A stretch of DNA of 64,000 nt from contig JBDRCO010000072.1 of the NCBI GenBank assembly GCA_043821645.1, positions 1 through 64,000 on the forward strand. The letters run 5' to 3'. Each line of letters starts with the position of its first letter. Position 1 is the stretch's first letter. Shown here in pieces: positions 63,505 through 64,000 of this stretch. The DNA is from Pseudomonadota bacterium (GTDB taxonomy: Bacteria; Myxococcota; JACRCW01; JAFGSX01). The notes below the pieces were generated by a model. That model did no database searches and was not told the DNA's origin. It worked only from the letters and a program-made list of their open reading frames with translations. Both the position numbers and the translations under genes were made by a program.

Positions 63505-64000
63505 ATGCGCTGCGCGCTGTGCGGCTGTCTTGTCCTGGCCCAGCTTGCTGCCTGCGCCTCGTCGGAGAGCGCCCAGAAAAAGGGCTCGACCCCCGGGGTG
63601 GACTCGACCCGTCCGCCCCCTGCCGCCAGCGGTCTGCGCTATCCCGTGGCCCGGCGCGGTGACGTGGTCGATACCTACCATGGCGAACAGGTCGCGGATC
63701 CCTATCGCTGGCTCGAGGACCCGGACAGCGACGAGACCCGGGCCTGGATCGCAGCCGAGAACGCCGTCACCTTTGGCTGGCTGGAACAGATCCCGGCGCG
63801 CCAGGCCATCAAGCAGCGCCTCACCGCACTGTGGGACTACGAGAAGTTCGGCGTGCCCTTCAAGGAAGGTGGTCGCTACTTCTACACCTACAACCCGGGC
63901 TTGCTGAACCAGAGCCAGCTGTTCACCGTCGACAAGCTCGGCGATCCGGCGAGGCTCTTGCTCGATCCCAATACCCTGAGCGAGGACGGCACCGTGGCCC
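63505..64000 (+). CDS. Prolyl oligopeptidase (S9A), lipoprotein; runs off the window end
   Basis: Manual translation: MRCALCGCLVLAQLAAC...YPVARRGDVVDTYHGEQVADPYRWLED...WDYEKFGVP..GGRYFY..NPGLLNQS...LLDPNTLSEDGTVA; AGGAG SD. Confidence 0.92.
   Translation, partial: MRCALCGCLVLAQLAACASSESAQKKGSTPGVDSTRPPPAASGLRYPVARRGDVVDTYHGEQVADPYRWLEDPDSDETRAWIAAENAVTFGWLEQIPARQAIKQRLTALWDYEKFGVPFKEGGRYFYTYNPGLLNQSQLFTVDKLGDPARLLLDPNTLSEDGTVA

Overview
GC-rich bacterial chromosomal segment. Its gene content points to Myxococcota: MYXO-CTERM tails, TIGR02266-type PilZ proteins, PEGA/TPR proteins and giant Cys-rich surface proteins. Housekeeping blocks are iolC-iolB, guaB-guaA, a sufC-sufB-sufD-Rieske-sufS-sufU-sufT operon, a ferritin-like gene, tkt, tnaA, dnaJ, mreB-mreC-mreD-mrdA-rodA, a ppiD-like chaperone, an S41 protease, an orphan clpX, MoxR/DUF58, tRNA-Arg(CCG), amrS and a prolyl oligopeptidase. 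They are interspersed with many secreted, lipid-anchored proteins. I found no mobile element, CRISPR array or rRNA. The most striking observation is a 2166-aa ORF (31006-37506, minus) that reads as a surface polyprotein. An internal, complete MYXO-CTERM sorting signal shares its RRRKR basic patch with an immediately following lipoprotein signal peptide, so one gene could yield a Cys/Asp-rich repeat protein plus a separate VWA/MIDAS lipoprotein. It is translationally coupled to a putative outer-membrane barrel gene. Other notable items: a surface-anchored PGRP-like amidase plus phosphodiester glycosidase pair, proteins carrying both a lipobox and a MYXO-CTERM, a PBP2 with a duplicated head subdomain, several leaderless genes including a 31-bp bidirectional promoter, and a structured guaBA leader. 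All calls come from motif recognition by eye; no database searches were run.
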